The notes beneath the pieces were generated by a model. That model did not search any database. It was not told the origin of the DNA and saw nothing but the letters and a program-made list of their open reading frames with translations. A DNA stretch of 64,000 bases from Lama guanicoe (lineage: Eukaryota), in the NCBI GenBank assembly GCA_013239625.1, contig MU053754.1, forward strand, positions 1,283,966 to 1,347,965. Reading direction: 5' to 3'. Both the position numbers and the translations under genes were made by a program. Shown here one piece after another: positions 11,534 to 23,212 of the stretch (position 1 is its first letter; every line of letters begins with the position of its first letter).

Positions 11534-12559
11534 TACTTTTTTCCGCAGGGCTAGCTCTGCCAGTGACGGTAGTATCACTGAAGATTACTGCCTCGAGGCC
11601 AGTCCATGTTGCTTCTCAACAGCCCCTGCACACAAGTTCTTGTGGGGCACCAATCACGGTACCACCTCTCTAGGCTGTGGTCCCTCTACTGGCTTGCTTA
11701 TCTCTGCAAAAAATCTGATATTCTTCAGCCTTTGGTTTGAATTCGTGAGACCTCCAGGAGTATATTTGATTTCAGTTATTAATTCCATCTTTCCATCCAA
11801 ATTGAATTTCCAGACCCAATGTAACTAGGCTGAGAATCCATTCTACATTAACTCTCCGAACGGTCATGAAGATAATTAGCAAATGAAACAGTGGCATGTT
11901 TTAGGCACAGGGAGAAGATAACATGAATTTATTAACCCAGACTCTACCTTGGCCTAAACTTCTCAAAGAGCCCAGTGGACTTGCTGTAACACGAGCGCAT
12001 CAAAGACAGGCAGACACACACTGACGTGCCAGAGAACAGGCAGAAGCAGGCATGAACTGGTAACAGTATGTGCAAATGGCCAGCGAAACGCACAAGTATG
12101 CAATGAGTTTGCACAAATGAGGAGCAGATTATCTAAGCTACCTCAGGTTTTTCCTGCCAAGCAGATGCAAACGGCATATTTAAAAATTTTCCACTCTGTG
12201 TTTCTCTATCCATGGAAGGCTTTGATTTAAAAGCTGTAATGAGAAATGGAAGCTTCTCAAAGTTCAGTAACTCATTTCACTTTTGGACAAGTAGGGCAGA
12301 GACAAATAATTCTATTAAAATGTTCTCAGCGGCCCGCATGGCAGGAGCTAACCTATCTGCAACAGTGCATAATAGACTCACCTTAAAGTAATTAAATGTT
12401 ACAGAGAAGCAAAACATAAGTGCAGATTTAAAAGCTTTTGCTATCTTTACGGCTTCTAACTCCGATGATGTGGAAAGAGCACAGGCGTGGGGCAGGACAG
12501 GGCTCTCAGCGGGTAATAGGTGAGCGCTGTCTGGCAATGACCCTCCTTGCAAAGCAGGG

Positions 12560-12725
12560 GAATCAGAGCACTCTGCGGCTTGCTTCCACCCGTGAACCTC
12601 TTTGACCGCAGAGGAACTACTCTGCATCATCTTTCTCTCCTGTCTCAAATGGAAATAACAATACCAGTTACAAGGATGTTGTGGAGAAAACAATGAAAAG
12701 ACAAGATAAATGAGAAGATCTTTGA
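12560..12725 (+). mobile_element. MIR SINE fragment
   Basis: Core-like ctctgcatcatctttctctcctgtctcaaatggaaataacaatacc...aaggatgttgtggagaaaacaatga. Confidence 0.6.
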
Positions 12726-12829
12726 AAAACTAACACTAGACAGAAAACACCTTATTTAAAGGCAAGTTGCTGTTTATCCACAATTTACTTTTGCACGTAA
12801 TAGCTGCTCAATTAACATTAGATGCTTCC

Positions 12830-13590
12830 GTCGGTGACCCCTGACCTCCTGGTTGCTAAATGCAGTGGATTCTTTACAGTCATCATCCAGCCCACCGCCT
12901 AGCTTTCTCAAGGCTTCTATCAGCCCTTTCCTGAAACACCTCTCTTGGTTCAACTTTTACTCTGTCACTTTCTTCCGATTCAAATCCAAATGGCAACTCC
13001 AGGCAAAGTCTTTCAGTAGCTTGTTGTCCGCTGGCTTTGGGCTGTCCCAGCTCTCCGGGAGTACTGTCCCTGGGTCATCTCCTCTGCTGCTATCTGTCCC
13101 TGCTCCCACACCTTGATCTCCATCGCCTCTAAACTCCAACTAGTCAACAACTTTCTGGGTGTCTCCACCTGGGACCTCTTTCCTCATCACCTGCCTAAAA
13201 TGGAACAATCATGTCTCCAGCTCCTGACCCTACAGGCGTCACTTCTGGAGTCCACAGTCCCGATCTGTCCTGAGCTGCGAAGAACCGCAGTTTTCCACTC
13301 TTCTGTCACCCCCTGCTCTCATCAGCTGATCACAGGTCACCCAAGTTTGCCTTGGATGCATTTCCTGAATCATTCCAGCCACATACAAGGAAGATTCTTT
13401 TCATACCTTCACCAAACTACTGCAAATAAACCACTCTGCTGATTTCCATGACCTCCAGGTGTTTCTCCTTCTAATCCGTCTTCCCCACCACTGCAAACTG
13501 ATCTTTCTAAAGCTGAAATCTTGTCCTGCAGAACTTAACACTTCCCCTCACCCCAGTGGCTCTGCTTTGCCTCCAGGAGAAGCCAAACGC
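12830..13590 (+). mobile_element. L2 LINE fragment (RT / 3' region)
   Basis: gtgacccctgacctcctggttgctaaatgcagtgg...cctttcctgaaacacctctc...gtctccacctggga...gatctttctaaagctgaaatct. Confidence 0.65.
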
Positions 13591-13599
13591 TTTATGCAC

Positions 13600-13999
13600 C
13601 TTGCCGACCTCCCACCACAGTGGGTGGAACTGACCAACAGAGACCCCAGCTCTAGAATCCATCCTCGCATTTGCACCGAGGCCACGCCTCCCAGGGACTG
13701 CTCCCTGCCAGTGACTAAGCATGATGGAAACACTAACACGGGTACAATTCTGGGAGACATGGGACTCCTGTGTTGGCTCAAGGGCTCCCCAGTGGCTCAG
13801 CTGAGCCTTCCTGAGAGTTCATGGCTGCCTAGGATGCTTCCAGCCAACCTCTTCTCTCCTTCCTTCCCGCTCAGACTTTACTTTCAGGCTTCTCCAGCTC
13901 CTTCCTAATGTCCTTTCACACAGGCATTTTCCTTTATAAAATCCTTGAGGGTTTCATGCTGCCTTGAGGTCTGCTTCTCAGGACACTCAGACTAACACA
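13600..13999 (+). mobile_element. ERVL LTR, LTR16A/C-like
   Basis: gccacgcctcccagggactgctccctgccagtgactaagc...cacaggcattttcctttataaaatccttg...tctgcttctcaggacactcagactaacaca. Confidence 0.8.
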
Positions 14000-14349
14000 C
14001 ATCACAAACATGTATGTTTTCGTTCTGCAAATTCCTACTTGTACCATTGATCGCTGTCATGTGTTCTTACGTTTTTCTATTCTCCCTGTTGTCAGCATTG
14101 TTCTCTTCTAGACCAGTTCTTGCTCGCAGGTGGGCATCCCTTTCTTTTAGCTAAATTAGGCACCTCTCCTTGGTAATCATCCAGCAGACCATGTACTGTT
14201 CTCTACTCCCTGCTGTAACCGCAGATCTGCCATATGTTTCCACTGTTAGCATGTGAGCTCTTCAAAGGCAACAGTCACATTCACAGTCCATCCCTAGAGT
14301 CCAGTACAACACGTTACTAGACATTCACTGGCTGCTCTGTTCTCATGTT

Positions 14350-14970
14350 TATTTTCTTCTGCTTTGCTATTGCTGTGTTTCAAAACTTCCAAAATTAATG
14401 GCTGAAACAGCAACCGCTGTATCAGGTGCATGATTCTGTGGTCAGGAATGAAAGCAGAGGTTAGACGGTATGTCCTGGCTCTGCTCTGTGATGTCTGGGG
14501 CTTCAGCTCGGCAGCTCCAGCAGCTGGAGGTGGCATGACTCATACGAGTGGGGTCCAGGTTCTATCTATCAGGCTGTAATGGCTCCTTTACGTGCAGGTC
14601 TAATGCCTGGACTGGGATGGCTGAAATACCTGGGTGCTGACCAACATCTCTCTCTCTCCCTCCCTCCCTCTCCACGTGGCCACCTTGGGCTTCTTCACAG
14701 CATGATAGCCTCCGAATGGTCGGGCTTCCTATGTGAGTGCCTTACACAGGAAGGAAAACAGGAGCAACCGGTAGATGCTGCAAAGAATCTTCTAGCCAAG
14801 TTTCAGAAGCCCTAGAACGCCCCTGCTGCTGGATTCTGTTGACCATAGTAGGCACAGGCCAGGGGCATTCAGAGGTAGAGGGGCACAGACACCTTCTGTT
14901 GATGGGGAAATGCATGCCCACACAGGGAGAGGAAGAACTGAAGGTGGTCCTCTTGCAGACAAGCTACCTC
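14350..14970 (-). mobile_element. MaLR LTR, MLT1G/H-like
   Basis: catgattctgtggtcaggaat...ggctctgctctgtgatgtctgggg...cttgggcttcttcacagcatg...gacaccttctgttgatgggg. Confidence 0.75.
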
Positions 14971-14974
14971 CAGA

Positions 14975-15200
14975 GTCCATCTTAAGTGACACTTGTCAGA
15001 GATACCTCCTTTCTCAGACATCCCACCTAAAGGACACAGTCCCCAATGGCTATTCTGTCACCATGTTTATTCCCTTTGAAACCCTCGTCCATCTGTGTGT
15101 CTAACTGCTTCCTGACCACCCCTGTGCTACAGTCTAAGACCCCACGGAGACAAGCTCACCGTTGTATCCCCAGCCCCTGACCCAGGGCATGGGGAGGAAT
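14975..15200 (+). mobile_element. L2 3' end fragment
   Basis: cttaagtgacacttgtcagagatacctcc...tgtatccccagcccctgacccagggcatgg. Confidence 0.5.
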
Positions 15201-16845
15201 AGAGGCTAGTTTTTAAGTGCACACACGAGAAAGAGAGACTCTCTTGTTCAACAGAGCCACAGGGAGTAATTCGGCCTCCCAAACTAGACACGGTTTCTAT
15301 ATGACAAAGACTATGCCTTTTTGAACCCCAAAGACAACATCGGGTTCCCATAGAATCAATAACCCTTTGTTGAGCAATAATAACAATCTGGGTCCTCACC
15401 CAGAACGTTCCTGGAGGCATTTTGGTGGAAGCCACCTTCTGTAGGAAAGGCCACTGGAGAAGATCGCAGGTGCTGAAGCTCACACCGCCCTCTGCTGGTC
15501 CCTTCCGATTCGCCATGAAGGGCTGCGGGCCAGTGAGCTCCCCACTGTGGTGGTTCATCCCAGAGGGCTCAGGGGAAGGGTGGAAGAGTGGACAGACGAA
15601 GGACAGTCGTCCTGGCACAAGTCACCCACCTCCTCTGAGCCAACTGTCTCTTCTCTAAAAGGTGGCTGTGAACCCAGGGAGTTGTATTCACAGAGATAAT
15701 AGCAAAGAACTTGTTGCCAAGTCTAGGATGAGGGAGGTGTTCAGTTCATGGTATTCTCCTCATCTCTAAGGCCTGCAGTTATAAAGGAGCACTATCTCTA
15801 ATTCTTGACAACCACACTTTAAATATTTCACATGCTTTCTATCTAAGCGAATCGATAACTTTTGTCTTGTACTTTCAAACAAAGAGGCCATGAAAGGACC
15901 CGGGAAAGGACCACAAGAAACACAGTGCTCCAGCTCTGTCTGAGATAACAGAAGTGAAAAATATTCCCACTGAGACTTGCACTGGCTTGGACATGATTCA
16001 TAACTGGCCCTCAGAGACAGCACAGTCACACTCTATCAGTACATTAAGGCCATCAGAACCAAGCAAGGCTGACCTCTGTTAATTTTCTAAACTGCACTGA
16101 CGAATAAAGGTTACAGAGGAAGAACTGGTGTTTGTAAGCAAGCTGGTAAATCATAAACACTTGTGATATTTTAACTCTAGACACCATAGGAACAAAAAAA
16201 GTAACTACCAAGACGTAAGGCAAGTAAATAATGCTGTTCTCACTGGCCTGTCAGAAGGATATTAAGAAAGATATTTCAAATGCACGAAGAAAAATATATA
16301 TTGCTCAAGCACCAATCAACTCTAGTTCCATCTGCTGAAGGAAGATTATCTGGTTTACAAATCACACGTGTCACTAGCTATTTTTCCCCTTCCACTATCA
16401 AGCTTTTGACCCATCCACAAAATAATGAGAAGTTGTGCCAAATAGGCACTAGATGAGATGAGAATTACAAAATAGAAATAGTTCCTTTTTGCACATAAGA
16501 TTCTCTGGCCAGTTTGTGGATATGACAAGAGAATTGAAATATGTTGAGATTATGTTTAGTTTACGAGTTGTGCTTTCTCTCACCTGTTTGTAGTGATAGC
16601 TGCAAATTACATTGCAAATAAAATATGTGGTATAAAAAAGTAGAATCCATTTAAAAGGAAATTATATAAAGAAAAGGAGAGAAGGGACACATAATTTGGG
16701 GAGAGCAGAGTCTACAAGGCATGGAACTTGGTGTAAAATGATACTATTGTTTTAAACATTCCTTTAGTTAGAGAATTCAAGTGTATCATTTTTGACTTTA
16801 TTGAAACCAGGCAAAGACCTATTATTCTTCGGTTTATGTAATAGT

Positions 16846-17029
16846 ATAGACGTAGCAAACTTTTTTCTCTTACGGGCTAAATAGTAAATATTTTCCTATC
16901 CTGTTGTAGCATAAAAGCAGCCATAGGTGCTACGTAAATAAATGAGTGCAGCTATATTCTAACAAAACTTTATTTACGAAAACAGATGGTGGGCCAAATA
17001 TGGCCCTTTTGTGGTTACCTGCTGACCTG
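16846..17029. mobile_element. MER58A-like hAT DNA transposon (internally deleted)
   Basis: gcaaacttttttctcttacgggctaaatagtaaatatttt...aaagcagccatag...aaaactttatttacgaaaacagatggtgggccaaat. Confidence 0.85.
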
Positions 17030-17199
17030 TCCAATAGAACATCATAAAGCTATGCTTCCCAAAACAGAGAGAGCTCTAGAAGTAGGGGGGAAAACCCCCA
17101 AAAATCCATGTGCACTGCCTGAGGAAGGTAAGAAAAAGTCACTCAAAATAAAGTTTAGGTTTAGCCGCCCTTTTTAGTAGGCACGGAGGACAGACAGCT

Positions 17200-17655
17200 C
17201 TGTCCTGCTGTCCCCTCACAGTCACCCCCCACCCCTACCCCTGGCACCCACTGATCTGTTCTCCATCACGACAGTTTGTCTTCTCGAGAATGTCAAATAA
17301 GTGGACTCATATAGCATGTAATTCTTTGAAACTGGCTTTCTCCCTCACGTAGGGTTCTGTCTTTAAAGTCCATCTAAGTTGTTGCATGTATCAATAGTTT
17401 GTTTCATTTTATTGCTGAGTAATAAACAATTGTATCCAAGTAGTTTTTTTTAATCCATGTACCTATTAAAGGATGTCTGAGTTGTTTCTAGAATTTTGAC
17501 CATCACAAATAAAGCTGCTATGAATATTCGGGTACAGATTTTTGTGCAAGTGTAACTTTTGGTTTCTCTGGGGTGGATACCAAGGACTGGCATTGCTGTG
17601 CTGTATACTAAGTGTGTATTTCATTTTATACAAAACTGCTGATCCTGCTTCCACT
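17200..17655 (-). mobile_element. Old L1 (L1MC/ME) 3' region
   Basis: cccctggcacccactgatctgttctccatcac...gttgttgcatgtatcaatagtttgtttcatttttattgctgagta...aataaagctgctatgaatatt. Confidence 0.85.
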
Positions 17656-17689
17656 AGAGAGGTTTTCTAATCATTGCATTATTCTTTTT

Positions 17690-18125
17690 CCGTATTAGGC
17701 AATAACCTCCACCTGGTAAAGCTCCCACGCGCACTGGCTGAGGGACCCTCTCGAGCAAATTCTTCAGGTTCTAACAACCATAACCTCCTTTTGAAAATGG
17801 GGGTGACCATGGTTCTTATCTCACACGGTTCAGGCGAGTCAAGGAGAGGATGGTGTCGGAGCACTCAGGCCAGTGTCCACACTAGTGGCTCTCAACCAGG
17901 GCCGTTCCAACCCCAGGGACTGTGGCAACGCCTGGAGACATTTTCAGCTGTCACAACGGAGGGAGGTCCTCTGGGTATCTGGTGGGTGGAGACCAAGGAC
18001 GCTGCTCAACATCCTACAATGCACAGGACGCACCTCCAACTGAGAATTACCCAGGCCCAGTGTTGAGAAACCCTGGTCCACACAGAAAACACTCAACAAA
18101 TACCTCTATCATCATCACCATCATC
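17690..18125 (+). mobile_element. MIR SINE interrupted by MER20
   Basis: MIR core ttttgaaaatgggggtgacc...atctcacacggtt before the insertion; MIR tail cacagaaaacactcaacaaatacctctatcatcatc after it. Confidence 0.6.
17883..18075 (+). mobile_element. MER20 with perfect 8-bp TSD
   Basis: tagtggctctcaacc...gttgagaaaccctg; TSD gtccacac (17875-17882 / 18076-18083), the length typical of hAT elements. Confidence 0.92.
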
Positions 18126-19194
18126 CTTATTAATAGAAAGGATGTTTATTCAAACGCAGCACATTACTCAATGTACTCGAGAATTCTAGGCAAGTGAACC
18201 TCTCAAGAATACTGACTTTAAAGGAGAAGAAGCAATTCCCTGTTATCCTAAAACCAAGAAAGGGAATATGTAAGTAAAACTAATCATCACTGGTTTTAAA
18301 AATCTTAAGGAAATGATTAAAATCTCTTAAGGAAATGTTAATGTCCAAAGATTTTTCTGAAACTCCCCTGAGAACCCTGCATACGCCTAGAGTCCTAGTA
18401 TGACTACCAGCGGTGCTAAAAATAATAATAAAGAACAAATATTTCCACATTTTTCACCATAAAAAAAACTGTTTCAAATCTTAAAATACACTATAAAAGA
18501 CACATTGAGATGTTGCTAGGCATCCATTCAAGTCAGCTCAGTTCAGAGGGACTTCACTTACCAGTGGGAGAGCACTGCTGCAGATCTGACCTAAGGTGAA
18601 GCTGGGATAACACAAGGACAGGACCAAAACAGTTCTGTCACTGTGAATTAAAAAACGTCTGTTCCCCTCAGATCCTTCTCCCCAGCTTATTCTCTTGGTA
18701 CAAGTAAACAAGTGAACTATGTGACTCCATTTAGCTTGACCAGCATAATACAGCTGCCTGATACAGCTGCATGACTCTGGGCCTCCTACGCCCGTGGTCT
18801 CTTCTTCTGCAAATAGACCCAAAGCATCATCCAGGCCCCTTCCAGGTCAGATGTGCTTTGGGGAGGTTCCATCACCAGTCGCTTGTAGGACAGCCCCTGG
18901 GAAGAGGCTGGGGAGAGGCTTCCAGCTACTGCCACTTCTCCTCCAAGTCCCAGAGTAGCCTAGAGTACAAACCATCTCAGGGTTCAGCCAACCTGAGCTT
19001 CCCACGTAAATCAGGAGAGTGACTGGCAGAGCAGCGAGTGTGCAAGGAAGAACAGACATTGAATTTGTTTCTTCGATGTTTTAACCTGTTTAGAATTTAT
19101 TCAAAGTGCATTGAGCAGCCCTTGAAAGAATGTTAACGCGATTTGATTTGCATTTATTGCTTTGCTTTGTTTTATTTTCTCCTGCTTTGTTGTC

Positions 19195-19355
19195 TGTGAC
19201 AGCCTTATTAAGATATAATTCACATATCCATACAATTCACCCACTGGAAGTGTATAATTCGGTGGCTTTTAGCATATTCACAAGCTGTGCAGCCCTTACC
19301 ACAATCAATTTTAAAGCATTTCATCACAAAAAGAAATGCTGTACCCCTCCCTAAT
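19195..19355 (-). mobile_element. L1MB-like 3' end
   Basis: agccttattaagatataattcacat...caattcacccactggaagtgtataattcggtggcttttagcatattcac. Confidence 0.85.
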
Positions 19356-19506
19356 CGGCTCACACCCCCTCACATCAAGTTTAGCTCTGGGGATAACTGA
19401 CCCAAGTAAATTTCACAAACCCTTCGAGAGCTGTTCTAAGTCTGTTTTTCCTTTTTAATATGATTGACCATTTTTGTTTTCTGGTTTCTGACTGGCAGCA
19501 TTCACT

Positions 19507-19640
19507 GCAAGGTTAGGATTAGGTGAGGAAGGTACCTGGCCTCCAAAACAAAATCTGAGGCAGCGCTGAAACTCAGTCATCAAGAAAATTAATACTACAA
19601 TACCATATTTAAAACTCAAAATGAATGTAAAAGCTCCAGA
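19507..19640. mobile_element. MER96B-like hAT DNA transposon fragment
   Basis: aggattaggtgagg...caaaatctgaggcagcgctgaaactcagtcatcaagaaaattaata resembles my recollection of the MER96B consensus. Confidence 0.5.
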
Positions 19641-20944
19641 ATTTTAAGCTAGAATCCCCTAATCCTTTCTGTGATAAAATGTTAGGTATTAAAGCAGGTG
19701 CCAATCCATAAACCATAGTTCACCAACTTGATCTTTGAAAATCTTTGAAAAATTTTGAAAAAATTCTCTGGCAGAACTCAAGGGCAGAAGTGACACCAAA
19801 CACACAGACTTGCTGCAGCGAAGGTTTTAAAAAGATCTTGGGGACAAGGTGAGTGGAGGGTTAGTAGAAGTTACTGATACTAATTTATTAAGTTAGTAAA
19901 AATTATGAAGGAACATAAAAAGCAGAGTAATCTTAATAGGGCTCTACAACTGAGCCAGCTGATAAAACGAAGCCCAGAAGGGAAACATTTCAGGAATAAA
20001 ACCCAGAGGTACTCAGGAAAAACAGCCAATGATAAACGACCCTGAGAAACCATTAGTTTGACAAGATGCAAAGGAAAAAGGTGTTTGGCTACATTAATGA
20101 AAGGATATGGGAAACTTTAAAGATACTAGACCGTGCACGAACTTTCGCCTCACGTGGTAAATAACGCCCTTGCCCCACCCAACCTCTCCCCACAGTGGGT
20201 GCTTTTCTAAAAAACTCTGGTCCATTTGATTAAGAAGCCCAAGATGAGGGACACATGTCCTGAACACAGCCACAAAAATTTTTTTAAAAGGGTTCAATTA
20301 GGTCAATACAGCTCAAAAATAAGTAGCTTTGAGAGACATATACACATGAAATGTCAAATCTGGGTCTTGACACTCATCCGGAGACCCTTCCCCTGTGTCC
20401 ACCCCGCCCGGTCTTAGCACACAGGGTCCACTGGGAAGGAGGAAGTGCTTCACCCACCTTATGCGACCATCCCTGTTGGGTTTTTCTGTTTGTGCCAGAT
20501 TGTGCTCCCCACTCTCTTCTGCCCTATTTACGCTCTGAGAGCCTGACCTCCCTGGGCTGCATCTGTGGGTTCCTGCGCCTCCTGTTTCTCATTTGGTAAC
20601 GGGCAGCCCCTGGGGACAGCAGAGTGGGAGCTCCTCTGAGGCTTCTCGGTGACCGTTTACAGCACCATGGAGATTCCCCAAATGACTGGGAGACCACCTA
20701 AGATCTGGGCCACACCCCAAGCAGGCCCTGAGGCTTCTGCTTTCCAGGCTTTGGCACTTCAGCAGCCAGACCTTGTAGCTTTAGTGCATGCCGAGACTGG
20801 CAGCATTTGGGTTATGCCTGTCATTTCCCCAGAGAGGCAGTGTAAATATGTCCATTTTACAGACAAGGGTCCTGTGATAAAGTACAGCCCTTTCACGACA
20901 AGCCATGGATGCTTCCTCCCTTTCAGGGTTTTGGTGGTGTTGCT

Positions 20945-21082
20945 TATGGTGGTAAAACACATACAACACAAAATATGCCATGTTAACCACTTTTAAATGT
21001 ATGATTCAGTGACATTATTCATTCATAATATTGTGCAACCATCACCACTGCATGTCTGCAAAACTTTTCCATCACTTCAATC
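20945..21082 (-). mobile_element. L1MB-like 3' end (copy 1 of an adjacent pair)
   Basis: gtggtaaaacacatacaacacaaaatatgccatgttaaccacttttaaatgta...ttgtgcaaccatcaccact. Confidence 0.85.
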
Positions 21083-21099
21083 TTTAACCTCTTTTCTAA

Positions 21100-21660
21100 A
21101 CAATTTTTCTCGTAAAATACACAAAACTTGCCATCTTAACCACTTTTAAGTGTAGAATTCAGTGGCGTTCAGTACATTCCTACTGAGCAACCATCACCAC
21201 CACCCATCTCCAGAACGTTTTCGTCTTCCCAAACGAAAACTCTGTGCCCATGAAACACTCTCTCCCCAACCCCCTCCCCCAGCCCCTGCTAGCCACCCTT
21301 CCACTTTCTGTCTCTGTGACTTCATCGATTACAGGTGCCTCCTATCTGTGAAATCACACTGTCTTTGTCGTTTGGTGTCTGCCTCATTCACTGAGCATAA
21401 TGTCCTTCATGTTGTAGCCTGTACCAGACCTTCACGCCTGTCTAAGACTGAATATATTCCATTATATGTGTAAATCACGTTGTCATCCACTCATCTATTG
21501 GTGGACATTTGGGTTAAGTCCACCTTTTGGTTATCATGAATAACGTTGCCATGAACATTAATATACATTATCGGATTCCCAGTGTTCCACTCTTAGGGAT
21601 ACAAACTTGGAATAGCTGGCGCATATGGTAACTCCATGCTGAGGTTTTTGAGGAACTCCA
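21100..21660 (-). mobile_element. L1MB3-like 3' region (copy 2)
   Basis: aaaacttgccatcttaaccacttttaagtgta...ccatctccagaacgttttcgtcttcccaaacgaaaactctgtgccc...atccactcatctattggtggacatttggg. Confidence 0.88.
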
Positions 21661-21797
21661 TGTGAGGTTCATTCTTCTATTCAACAACAACAAAGAAAGG
21701 TTAAAACCCTTGACCCACATGCCCATTCTTATGCAATTTTAATAAATACATACTAAACCTACGAGAACTTCCAGTGAAACCATCTACAGAACTTAAA

Positions 21798-21988
21798 GAG
21801 AGGAGATCATAGCTCAAGTGGTAGAGCACATGCTTAGGATGCATGAGGTCCTGGGTTCAATCCCCACTATCTCCTCTAAGAATAAATAAATACTAATAAA
21901 ACCTAATTACCTCCCCCCATCAAAAAATAAATAAGTAAAATAAATTAAAAAAACAAAACCAAAAAACCAAAACAAACAAACAAAAAAA
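21798..21988 (+). mobile_element. tRNA-derived camelid SINE (vic-1 type) with long A-rich tail
   Basis: Pol III A box tagctcaagtgg (21810-21821) and B box ggttcaatccc (21854-21864); body gtagagcacatgcttaggatgcatgaggtcctgg; tail aataaataaa...acctaattacctcccccc...(A-rich). Confidence 0.85.
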
Positions 21989-22239
21989 TACATAGCACCT
22001 ATGGAGGGTAACAAGCCAATTCCTGGTACTTGGCTGGTTAATCCACAACCTGGTGCTTGCCTTACGCCACTGTAAATGCAGCAACGTGACAGCAATGATA
22101 CATCATTGTTCTTCTGAAATTAAAGTTGTATCAGAAACATCTTCCTAAACTTTGCTGTCAGTGAAGTAGTCAGCTTTCATTACTATTTTTAGGGATATAA
22201 TTGTATGGGAAAAAGTCCTTATTTTGAAAATGAAAGCCC

Positions 22240-22720
22240 TGCCACGCCTACGCACGGAGACAAGACGGGAGAGAGACTAAGCTCCGTCGTCCCTGCAATC
22301 TTTTAATCCACACCTGCACCAAAATAACCTCCGTCGCATCCCAACCCGGAGCGTCTCTGTAGCCTCCCCCTCTATTAAATCTAATAAAATACCAGGGGTA
22401 AGTGTGCATCTGCCTCACCACTAAGAAGGGAGTCACTTGTCACCGGAGAGACAGGTGCGGAATCTTCCAGGCGGTGACTCCTGCGCAAAGCGGAGCTCAG
22501 AACAAAGCGTCTTCCCCGCATCCCTGTCTAACAACCGCATCAGAGGGGAGGCGCAGCTTGTAAAGCAATCATGACACCCGCAGCACAGAGCCTGTCTGCC
22601 CCCAGTCAAGAGGGACGGGTCAGTTCCAGCAAACTCGACGCTGCTCCTGCAAACATCCTCCCTCCAGTTTACCTGGCGTTCGGATCCCCGTGATGGCAGG
22701 GGCCTGGGGTAGGCCGACAC
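22240..22720. promoter_or_regulatory. CpG-rich unique patch (small orphan CpG-island candidate)
   Basis: About 27 CpG counted by eye in about 480 bp of GC-rich, non-repeat sequence, against a CpG-depleted background. Confidence 0.45.
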
Positions 22721-23212
22721 CCTTCTCTGAATGTGGTTAGAAGCAGGGTTTATGGAACCAACACCAGGAGCATCTAATGTGGAAGTCCCATGGGACACAC
22801 TGCCCGGGTCCCAGCTTGTAACCAGATGCCTTCCAAGACAAAAAGAAATGGCAGCTCTTTGCACAAAACTGTCAAATCCACTGCACCGAACCTCACTCTG
22901 ATTCAAACATCAGATGAAAATTTTATCCTTTCTTTTTTTTTTTCTTTATAATTTCAGGGGAAAAATTGTAGATCATTTCTAGAGAGATATTTTAGAATTT
23001 TTTTTCCTTAAGAAGTGGAAGGTGATTTGTAACGCACAGGCAAGCAGCCCTGAGGCACACTTACTCAACAGTTCTCAGATTTTAAGGTGTCAAAAGTCAC
23101 CCCTGCCATGTGCTGGTTGAAAGTGCAGGCTCTCAGGCTCCATGTCCAGAAGGTTATTCTCCTTTAGGTCAGCATGCTAGGAATCTGCAAGTGTAATTCT
23201 GATGGAGGTGGG

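Noticed and set aside
21800..21875. tRNA-Ala-like gene
   Set aside because: Acceptor stem is degenerate and the sequence runs into a SINE body and A-rich tail; it is a SINE head
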